Virus record (IMG/VR): IMGVR_UViG_3300027278_000010
Source of the DNA: an uncultured virus (IMG/VR IMGVR_UViG_3300027278_000010)
Taxonomy: Duplodnaviria; Heunggongvirae; Uroviricota; Caudoviricetes; Schitoviridae
DNA length: 64,000 nucleotides
Reading direction: 5' to 3' (one strand)
Each line of letters starts with the position of its first letter. Position 1 is the stretch's first letter. The position numbers and the translations under genes were made by a program. This document shows positions 1 through 7,096 of this stretch, piece after piece. The notes under the pieces are model-generated. The model was not told the origin of the DNA. It saw only the letters and a list, made by a program, of their open reading frames with translations, and did not search any database.

Positions 1-2
1 AA

Positions 3-143
3 CCAACTGCTGCTGTCATTTTCTCTGACTTGCAGTGTCCTCAAATGCAACCACTGGATTTTCAAATCCCAGTGCTTTGGGTGGCCATAAGGGCTGCTGG
101 TAAAACAGTGCCCTTTGGAAAGCTCATTCACATAAGAGACTGA
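3..143 (+). CDS. 3' end of VWA-like/metallopeptidase protein (N4 gp25-like), truncated by window edge
   Basis: Open frame PTAAVIFSDLQC...IPVLWV...VPFGKLIHIRD* (TGA 141-143); typical VWA-like C-terminus; syntenic upstream of dCTP deaminase. Confidence 0.65.
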   Translation, partial: PTAAVIFSDLQCPQMQPLDFQIPVLWVAIRAAGKTVPFGKLIHIRD

Positions 144-145
144 CC

Positions 146-640
146 ATGATTATCAACCGCGATTCTTTGCTATCCATGGAGCCAATTCTCGAAATGGTTC
201 CTTTGAAAGAAACTGCCCATGGCACCAGCTATGGGCTAGGTGAAGCTGGTTATGACATACGCATCAAACAAGATGTGTCCTTTTTCACAAAAGGCACGCT
301 TGGACCGCAAGTAGTGGTTGATGGTGTGTATTCCGAAGGTCGCTTTGCCTTGGCATCTGCCATTGAAGAGTTCCAAATGCCGACCAGTTTGGTTGGCGTG
401 GTACACGACAAATCGACCTGGGCACGTAAAGGCTTGTCGGTTTTCAACACAGTTATTGAACCCGGTTGGGATGGCTTTCTGACGCTGGAACTCGTTTACC
501 ACGGCAATGATGTGCTTCACATCAAAGCAGGATCGGGCATTGCTCAAGTGATTTTCACTGAGGTCAAGCACCCAACCAGCTACAACGGTAAATACCAGAA
601 CCAAGAAGACAAACCTGTGCCTGCACGGGACTCGGTTTAA
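146..640 (+). CDS. dcd: dCTP deaminase (dUTPase-fold)
   Basis: AGYDIR, HDKSTWARKGL, IEPGWDGFLTLE, IAQVIF, YNGKYQNQ motifs. Confidence 0.92.
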   Translation: MIINRDSLLSMEPILEMVPLKETAHGTSYGLGEAGYDIRIKQDVSFFTKGTLGPQVVVDGVYSEGRFALASAIEEFQMPTSLVGVVHDKSTWARKGLSVFNTVIEPGWDGFLTLELVYHGNDVLHIKAGSGIAQVIFTEVKHPTSYNGKYQNQEDKPVPARDSV

Positions 641-654
641 CTGGTGAGGTGCTC

Positions 655-855
655 ATGAGCGAGACAACAAATACGATGGAACAACGCAACGAAAGTCAGC
701 GTAAAACCATCGTTAAGCAAGTGGAGCGCATCAAAGAACTTGAGCTGTGGGAAAAATTCGCAGCTCATTTGCTAAACAACTGTGTCGGTTTAACGGTCAC
801 CCCAGAGAATCTGGAAAAGTGGCTTGAAGACTGCCAAAAACGGAGAACATCTTAG
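655..855 (+). CDS. Hypothetical protein
   Basis: GAGGTG SD before ATG 655; fits gene packing. Confidence 0.65.
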   Translation: MSETTNTMEQRNESQRKTIVKQVERIKELELWEKFAAHLLNNCVGLTVTPENLEKWLEDCQKRRTS

Positions 856-928
856 TAAAGACAACGCTACTGTGATCTCTTTTTTGGGTTGATTAACCCT
901 TTCATCCATCAAGCAATAAGGAACATCC

Positions 929-1126
929 ATGAGCTTCGTTCGTGCAACTCAGAAAAACGGCAAGAAAATCGACATCCGTACTTCGGCCATCGTCGCCATC
1001 CGCGAAGACAACGCCGTTGTCGTGGTTGAAACGGAAGCCGATACTTTCGAGGTAATCGAAGGTATGCAGGCCATCCGCAATCGCATCAAAAAAAGCGAAG
1101 CCGGTGCTGCTGCTGAAGAAGAGTAA
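929..1126 (+). CDS. Small protein, FlbD/SwrD-like pattern
   Basis: AAGGA SD; pattern NGKKIDI..AIVAIRE...VV.T...FEVIE...IRNRI resembles FlbD family by eye. Confidence 0.6.
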   Translation: MSFVRATQKNGKKIDIRTSAIVAIREDNAVVVVETEADTFEVIEGMQAIRNRIKKSEAGAAAEEE

Positions 1127-1144
1127 GCTTTAGCGGTAACCTCT

Positions 1145-1933
1145 AGGTTAATCAGCTTGCATCAGGGAACACTTTGATGTGTGCAACAGCGAAATCAGCT
1201 CAGGGCACTGAGCCAGAAAGAGAAATTCAAGTGGGAGTCGGCCCACCTCAAGTAGCTGCCAAGACACGTACCTCTAACCCGCTCCGGGGCTTGTTACACG
1301 GGCGAAATGTGGACGAATGAGTGAGGCGTCCTGTTAGAGTGTTCCACCTGATGCAAGTTGATTAGTCTTATCCGATAACCTGGAAACAGGTCACATCGGA
1401 CGTAAACACGGCTTATACCCGCAATGGTATTGGAATGGGTGAATCAAGATTCTGAGCTTTGACGATGAGGAACACGGGCATTTATGTCGCCGCAGTTTTC
1501 TAGTGCAAGCAACAGGGAATGAATTTTCACTCATTACCAATACCATTGTGAGTTGATCAGTTTTGCCCGATAGCCTGCATGCAGGGCACATCGGACTTGA
1601 ACACGGCCAATTCTGGACGGGATGCAACACGGTAGTGATCACGCTGCGGAAACTAGGGTTATGGCAGCCTCTGAGAACACAACATCCGTGCCGGGGTTCG
1701 ACTCCCCCATGCGTGGGAATTGTAGGGTGGACGCACCTGACCATGTTCAAGTCCGATGTGCAATATCGCACATCAAAACCAGTTGGGAAGGCGCTTAACG
1801 CTGCCGTTTCATTCCAACTGGGCAGGAAGGTAACGTCGTGAGGCGTCAAGCAATCGGGCCAGGCCGAGCAGGAGCGAAGCCGCCAGGGCCACTAGACCCG
1901 AAGGCCAGCCGGAACAGGCGCAAGCCGGCACCA
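1145..1933 (+). ncRNA. Candidate structured non-coding RNA or RNA cluster
   Basis: Long inverted-repeat stems 1145-1177/1334-1368, 1420-1443/1526-1550, 1586-1603/1744-1761; G-U pairs on + strand; GAAA, GUGA, GCAA tetraloops; T-loop-like hairpin; no credible CDS. Confidence 0.7.
1372..1607 (+). repeat. Two copies of a 41-nt imperfect direct repeat (1372-1412, 1567-1607)
   Basis: ccgataacctggaaacaggtcacatcggacgtaaacacggc vs ccgatagcctgcatgcagggcacatcggacttgaacacggc, 34/41 identical by hand alignment. Confidence 0.9.
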
Positions 1934-1961
1934 ACAAGACCCTGTATTTTCGGAGCAGCAG

Positions 1962-2375
1962 ATGAAAAGCCGTACCAATCTCATCACCCTCCCCAAAGCT
2001 CTACCGCAACGCAGCTACATAACCAAGTCAGGGGGCCAATGGCATCCTGGCGATGTCGCCTTGGCCATGGCTTTGGTAATCCGCATCCACAATACAGCTG
2101 ACGCTATTCGTAAGCTGGCATGGCAGCTAAAAGACAAGGTGTGCTTGGAACACCAACCAAACATGAAGCGTCTTTCCCGAGAACCTGACGATCAAAAAGT
2201 GTGGAATGCTGCGCTGAAAATCGTCAATCGAGTTTGTGAGATGTGGAAGATCTCCCCTGAAATTCCCTTCTTAATCAACAAGATAGTCCCAAAATGTCAT
2301 TTACGTGAAATGCTTTGGGACAAAGACGCCAACGTTTTTCGTTGTCAATTTTGTAGTCACAGCAAAGTGACTTAG
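1962..2375 (+). CDS. Hypothetical protein with C-terminal Cys cluster
   Basis: GGAG SD; 137 aa; ends in C...CQFC. Confidence 0.75.
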   Translation: MKSRTNLITLPKALPQRSYITKSGGQWHPGDVALAMALVIRIHNTADAIRKLAWQLKDKVCLEHQPNMKRLSREPDDQKVWNAALKIVNRVCEMWKISPEIPFLINKIVPKCHLREMLWDKDANVFRCQFCSHSKVT

Positions 2376-2384
2376 CGAGGCTTT

Positions 2385-2699
2385 ATGGGAAAAGTTACGA
2401 AACTGGTGACTGACCCAGACGGAAACAACATGAGGCTCCCTGCCTCGTTTGCTCAAGCTGAAGAACAAGCCGGAGTCCGTCTGGACAGGCGAAGAAACTA
2501 CTTCATGACCACCAAAGCTGTCTTTGTCTTAGTTACTGAGACAATGGCTTGCTCTGGCTGTTCCTGCGACTGTGGGGACATGTATGGCTGCAATCACGGT
2601 GCTTCTGGCTGCCGTGAGTGTGGTTACACAGGTAAACGTCGAGAAACACACCCAGTCCCTCTAGAAAATCAACACTATGAGGTGCCCTCCCCCTTTTGA
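2385..2699 (+). CDS. Cys-rich putative zinc-binding protein
   Basis: GAGG SD; CSGCSCDC and CRECGYTGK motifs. Confidence 0.75.
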   Translation: MGKVTKLVTDPDGNNMRLPASFAQAEEQAGVRLDRRRNYFMTTKAVFVLVTETMACSGCSCDCGDMYGCNHGASGCRECGYTGKRRETHPVPLENQHYEVPSPF

Positions 2700-2714
2700 T
2701 GTAAGGAGATAGCC

Positions 2715-2873
2715 ATGCGCTGTTTATCCACCGCTTCGCACACTATGCGGCCATGCTCTGCTTGCCGTGGGCGTGTACCTGACAACCACAAATGCTCTGC
2801 TTGTGGTGGTTCTGGTGTTGTTCGTTTCACCCATGGTAAGCCAGTGGTTGTTGGCAAAAAGTCTGGACAATGA
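2715..2873 (+). CDS. Small DnaJ-type zinc-finger protein (52 aa, not in ORF track)
   Basis: AAGGAG SD; CSACRG and CSACGGSG motifs; stop overlaps next ATG. Confidence 0.75.
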   Translation: MRCLSTASHTMRPCSACRGRVPDNHKCSACGGSGVVRFTHGKPVVVGKKSGQ

Positions 2874-3136
2874 CTGAGCCAGTCAAAATACTGATTGTCA
2901 TGGGCAATCCTGGCCACGTTGGTAGAGCCGGTAGGCTCATCGATGGCCTGAAAAATCTACCAGGTGTGGTTGTTGACGTTCAGTATTTTGGTGACCGCAA
3001 GTGTCAGGGGAATAACCTAGACCAAATCTGGATTGATTCCCTTCACTATTGCATACCAGAGCCAATTGCACTGGACGTCAGCTCTACTAAGAGAGGGAAG
3101 CCAAAGCCCTATTACCACGTAAAACGTCGCTGGTAG
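2870..3136 (+). CDS. Hypothetical protein
   Basis: ATGA overlap with upstream gene; 88 aa. Confidence 0.65.
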   Translation: MTEPVKILIVMGNPGHVGRAGRLIDGLKNLPGVVVDVQYFGDRKCQGNNLDQIWIDSLHYCIPEPIALDVSSTKRGKPKPYYHVKRRW

Positions 3137-3150
3137 CCAGAGGTGCATAC

Positions 3151-3306
3151 ATGAAAAAGTCTTTTTGGATTGCCCGATGCACCTTGCTTGTCTGGTGCTG
3201 GGCAGGCATGTGGACTATTGAAGAATCGTATCAGTATGCCAAAGGCATCTACGATCCAACCAAATCACCGATGAAGACCTTGGAGGCTATTGCTAGTAAC
3301 TACTGA
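3151..3306 (+). CDS. Small hypothetical protein (51 aa, not in ORF track)
   Basis: GAGGTG SD; MKKSFWIARCTLLVWCWAGMW...; fills gap. Confidence 0.6.
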   Translation: MKKSFWIARCTLLVWCWAGMWTIEESYQYAKGIYDPTKSPMKTLEAIASNY

Positions 3307-3327
3307 CAATTCCTACAATTATTCTCC

Positions 3328-3357
3328 TTGATAACCCCAACATAACTTTGGCATAGT
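3328..3357 (+). promoter_or_regulatory. Putative sigma70 promoter
   Basis: TTGATA-18 nt-CATAGT with extended TG, upstream of 3387 gene. Confidence 0.5.
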
Positions 3358-3386
3358 GCCAACTCACCAACCAAGAGGAATACGCC

Positions 3387-3698
3387 ATGCGTATGCTGTC
3401 CCGTTCCATCCTGTATCTGGCCTCGGCTCTTGCCCTGGCGTTCTCGGGTCTGAGCTATGCTTACGACCTGCCCCGTCCCGAAGTCGTCGCCTACCTCACC
3501 GCTGATTGCGGTAAATTCGGCGTCGCAACCGCGAAGTATGAGGCCAGCCAGGCTCATATGTACGCCCTCAATCGAGAGCGAATACCCAGCTTGTCTGGTG
3601 GTTTGGTGAATGACAGTCATGGCTACCTGCAAGTAAGTGCTGACGAGGTGGCCAAGGGCACGACCGGCAGTACGGTCAGCCTCACTGCCAATACCTGA
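3387..3698 (+). CDS. Putative exported protein with signal peptide
   Basis: GAGGA SD; MRMLSRSILYLASALALAFSGLSYA signal-peptide pattern. Confidence 0.8.
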   Translation: MRMLSRSILYLASALALAFSGLSYAYDLPRPEVVAYLTADCGKFGVATAKYEASQAHMYALNRERIPSLSGGLVNDSHGYLQVSADEVAKGTTGSTVSLTANT

Positions 3699-3713
3699 TC
3701 ACCTGGTCTGCGC

Positions 3714-3740
3714 AAAAAGCCCCCTAAATGGGGGCTTTTT
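3714..3740 (+). terminator. Intrinsic terminator
   Basis: aaaagccccc-taaat-gggggctttt then gttttt. Confidence 0.8.
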
Positions 3741-3774
3741 GTTTTTGAGAACATCCCAACCCTGGAGCTTTATC

Positions 3775-4560
3775 TTGAAACTCATTGAACCAAAAGTATT
3801 CATCATCGGTGAATCTGCTGCCATTCCAGAAGGCATCGAAGCCATGCTTGACCATCTCGGTGTACCTGACTGGACTACCGATGCTCACTCTGACACTGAG
3901 CTGCTCAGTGAGATGGCCGGTAAGCTCTGTTACATGAGCTTCGACACCAGCCTCAACGACAACCTGACCCGCACAGGCACTCGTAACAACGAGAAGTACC
4001 TGCAAGAAGGCATCATTGCCACGAAGCATGGTTCCGTGCTGGAACACACTGTAGTGAACCTGGTGTTGCTGGACGTGTCTCGTGTCCTGACACACGAATT
4101 GGTCCGCCACGGTGATGGCACTGCATTCTCCCAAGAATCCGGTCGCTATGTCCGTCGTGAGCTGGGCATGTATATCCCAGACATCATCAAAGAGAACCCT
4201 GAGCTGCTGGCAGGCTTCATTCAGGCTGCGGAGAACATCGAAGCCCAGTACACCAAGCTGGTAGTGCTGTCCGGTGTCAACGACACCACTGACTTCGACT
4301 GGAAGAAGAAGATGACTTCGGCATTACGCCGCGTCCTTCCTGAAGGTCGAGCCAATGCCATCTTCTTCTCGGCCAACCACCGGGCAATGCGTCACATCAT
4401 CCAGATGCGTACTGATCGGCACGCCGAAGAAGAAGTACGCAAGGCTTTCGTACCCGTCTTTTACGCAATGCTGGAACGCTACCCAGCAATTTACAGCGAC
4501 GGTAACGCCACCGTTGTAAACGGCATCCTCGAAATCAAGTTCAACACTGAAAAAGTGTAA
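3775..4560 (+). CDS. thyX: Flavin-dependent thymidylate synthase
   Basis: HGSVLEH, THELVRH...FSQESGRY, HAEEEVR motifs; likely TTG start at 3775 after GGAG, downstream of terminator. Confidence 0.93.
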   Translation: MKLIEPKVFIIGESAAIPEGIEAMLDHLGVPDWTTDAHSDTELLSEMAGKLCYMSFDTSLNDNLTRTGTRNNEKYLQEGIIATKHGSVLEHTVVNLVLLDVSRVLTHELVRHGDGTAFSQESGRYVRRELGMYIPDIIKENPELLAGFIQAAENIEAQYTKLVVLSGVNDTTDFDWKKKMTSALRRVLPEGRANAIFFSANHRAMRHIIQMRTDRHAEEEVRKAFVPVFYAMLERYPAIYSDGNATVVNGILEIKFNTEKV

Positions 4561-4576
4561 GCCTGTTTCTTGGTGC

Positions 4577-4609
4577 AAAGCCCTAATCAGTAATGGTTAG
4601 GGCTTTTTT
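4577..4609 (+). terminator. Intrinsic terminator
   Basis: aaagccctaatc/ggttagggcttt hairpin plus T-tract. Confidence 0.8.
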
Positions 4610-4648
4610 ATTGAACGGGATTTTCCCACCTACCAACAGGAGCAACAC

Positions 4649-7087
4649 ATGCAAGTCAGCCAATCCGCAGATCACATCACCCATGCTGTAATCGGTAGCC
4701 AAGAATCCGTTGAAATGGGTGTCAGCGACAGTGCAGCTTTGATGCACATTCTGTCATCCACCCTTTACACCTACCCCAAGCTTGCGATGGTCCAAGAGGT
4801 CATCTGCAATGGCTGGGACGCACACATCATGGTCAAAAAGACCAATGTGCCCCTGAATATCGAAATCCGTAACAACCAATTTGTTGTTCGTGACTTTGGC
4901 CCCGGCATCCCTCACGAGAAAATCGGTCAGATTTACGGTGTGTATGGTAACTCCACCAAACGCGACGACTCTCGCCAAACAGGTGGTTTCGGTCTTGGTT
5001 CCAAGGCTCCATTTGCTTACACCGACAACTTTGAGGTCACCTCAATTCACGAAGGTGTGAAGACGGTTTACCGTGTGTCCAAGTCTTCGATGGAAGTTGG
5101 CGGCAAACCCTCCATCAACAAGATCGTGTCCGTGCCGTCTATTGAACCAAGTGGAATCACGGTTCGGGTCAGCATCAAAGAAAACGACATTGCTGAAATC
5201 CAGAGCATGATCAAGTCCACTTTGATCCTGGGTGAAATGCTTGCAAAAGTGAATGATGAAGAGCCTTTAGAAACTCTTCCGCTCTTGGATTCTCCAAGTG
5301 GCTTTATCATCACCAGCGCTATGGGCACCAAGCTCACTCGCATAAATTTGCGATACGGCAACGTCGTTTACCCAATTCCAGTCCACCCTTCGTATGAACA
5401 AGAATGGACAGCAATGAGCCGAGCTATTGGGAATCTCTGGGTCAACGCTAAAATCATTTTCATGGCCCCACCAGACAGCGTGTCTATTGCGCCAAGCCGG
5501 GAAGCTCTTATTCTTACAGATAATACCTTGGCAACTATCAAAGAGTTGTTGGGTTTGTTTGAAGAAAAAGATTTGGATAAAGCGAGTGTCACTGTAAACC
5601 AGTTAGCCCGTAAAACATTCAACGAAGAGCTGAAAAACAAATCGCCTAAAGAATACTTTGAAGTATTTCTTACAGGCAACAGCCGCTTTGATGTAAGCAT
5701 CTCTCCCACGTATGTTGACGACAAAAACTTCTTCAGTTTTCGTAAAGCATTTTTGGGAAGTAAACTTGCTAAAAGTGAGTGGACTATTCCACAAGCAAAA
5801 CGCATTATTCGCTATATCGAAGAGTTCTCTAAAAAAGAACCTCAATTGCGTAAGTTTGCAAAAGACATTCTAAAAACCGTTCGTGTTCTAAAAGGTGAGA
5901 CTCGCGCCTATGAACACATCCACGGTGCTGGTCTATTAAAAACACCAGTAAACAAACACGTAATGGCTCCGGTCGTTATAGGCATTAAAAACGATGAAAA
6001 CATGAAAGCAAATAAGCTTTCTGTTTTAGTCAGAAATCCTCGCTACAGTGCAACACCAATGGCCTGGCCAAAGTTTGAAATAGTAACTGTGGGTGCTTTG
6101 CTTTCGTTTCTCAAAACACGAGTGATGATTGTCAAAAACAAACAAACAATTTCTGAAACTTTTTACGCAGGCTGTCCTACGGATATGCACGGTGCTTGGT
6201 TGATTTACCAAGTAGGACGTAAAGAAGAAGAAGCTGCTTATGCTCTTGATTTCTTCACAAAACTAGGTTTCGAGGTAGTTGTAAAAATACCTGAACCAGT
6301 AAAAGAAGAAGCTGTTTTGGTTGATGGTGTCCCTGTAGTCAAAGAAGTAAAGCCACAGGTTAAATCGCCAAAACGCATTGGTTACTTGTCTCTGGCAAGT
6401 AGCATGGTGCCAAGAACTAAAGAGTTTTTGCTGAATACAGCGCGAGAGAATACTCCAGCAGGGGGTGGTATACATGACCCTGTAGCTTGGGTGGTCCTCA
6501 AAAATAAAAGCGAAGGGGCTAAGACATTTGCCCGTCTGAACGAAGAGGAGTGTTTAGCTATTAATGAACTCTTCGGTGGGCAAATTGCTGTTGTAACTAC
6601 ACCCCAAGCCAATAAACTTTTGAAAGATGGAGTACCTCAATTGTCTAATTTCATTGACAACTACGTGGATCAAAAACTTACAGAAAGCAAAGACTTTCCG
6701 CGTTATATCGCTTTTGGTTATCAAGGCATTGAAGCACGTCATTACGACCGCGCTACTAAAATTGTTTGTGCTGCTGCTTTGCATGAACACGTAATGAAAG
6801 AGCTGAACCTGCGTTTTCATGTTTCCCCGGAAACAGCGATGTTGTTGACGTTTTATAACGCCAACTCCCATCGCCGCGAAACAAAAGAGCGGTTCCCACA
6901 AGCTCACGCTAAAGCTCAAAAAATCAAACCAAATCCGCAATTTGGTAAGTTGGTAAAAAAAGTAGAAAAAAGCCCGTATGTTGCGTTTTTGGATATGGTG
7001 CACCTATCCAGCCGCCTCAACAGTGCTGTTCCTGGTTCTACTGAAAGCGACATTGCAGTTGAACTTTCCCTGAAACTCCTCAAGTAA
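4649..7087 (+). CDS. rIIA: rIIA-like protein
   Basis: N-terminal GHKL ATPase motifs (EVICNGWDAH, RDFGPGI, STKR, GGFGLGSKAPF); adjacent to rIIB as in N4. Confidence 0.9.
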   Translation: MQVSQSADHITHAVIGSQESVEMGVSDSAALMHILSSTLYTYPKLAMVQEVICNGWDAHIMVKKTNVPLNIEIRNNQFVVRDFGPGIPHEKIGQIYGVYGNSTKRDDSRQTGGFGLGSKAPFAYTDNFEVTSIHEGVKTVYRVSKSSMEVGGKPSINKIVSVPSIEPSGITVRVSIKENDIAEIQSMIKSTLILGEMLAKVNDEEPLETLPLLDSPSGFIITSAMGTKLTRINLRYGNVVYPIPVHPSYEQEWTAMSRAIGNLWVNAKIIFMAPPDSVSIAPSREALILTDNTLATIKELLGLFEEKDLDKASVTVNQLARKTFNEELKNKSPKEYFEVFLTGNSRFDVSISPTYVDDKNFFSFRKAFLGSKLAKSEWTIPQAKRIIRYIEEFSKKEPQLRKFAKDILKTVRVLKGETRAYEHIHGAGLLKTPVNKHVMAPVVIGIKNDENMKANKLSVLVRNPRYSATPMAWPKFEIVTVGALLSFLKTRVMIVKNKQTISETFYAGCPTDMHGAWLIYQVGRKEEEAAYALDFFTKLGFEVVVKIPEPVKEEAVLVDGVPVVKEVKPQVKSPKRIGYLSLASSMVPRTKEFLLNTARENTPAGGGIHDPVAWVVLKNKSEGAKTFARLNEEECLAINELFGGQIAVVTTPQANKLLKDGVPQLSNFIDNYVDQKLTESKDFPRYIAFGYQGIEARHYDRATKIVCAAALHEHVMKELNLRFHVSPETAMLLTFYNANSHRRETKERFPQAHAKAQKIKPNPQFGKLVKKVEKSPYVAFLDMVHLSSRLNSAVPGSTESDIAVELSLKLLK

Positions 7088-7096
7088 GAGACTGAC

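Noticed and set aside
856..928. Phage RNAPII middle promoter in AT-rich gap
   Set aside because: Consensus too degenerate to call by eye
1372..1607. CRISPR array or retron msr-msd
   Set aside because: Only two repeats with a ~150-nt gap; no cas or reverse transcriptase gene; no long msd hairpin
1610..1933. tRNA or tmRNA gene (T-arm near 1693; GCCGGCACCA ending at 1933)
   Set aside because: Could not build acceptor, D and anticodon arms; the T-arm and CCA are too far apart
1391..2101. ORF-track frames across the structured region (1391-1849 -, 1563-1841 +, 1838-2101 +)
   Set aside because: No convincing SD, non-protein-like composition, and they overlap extensive stems
3637..3774. N-terminal extension of ThyX
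   Set aside because: Overlaps the upstream gene and a terminator; better start with SD at 3775
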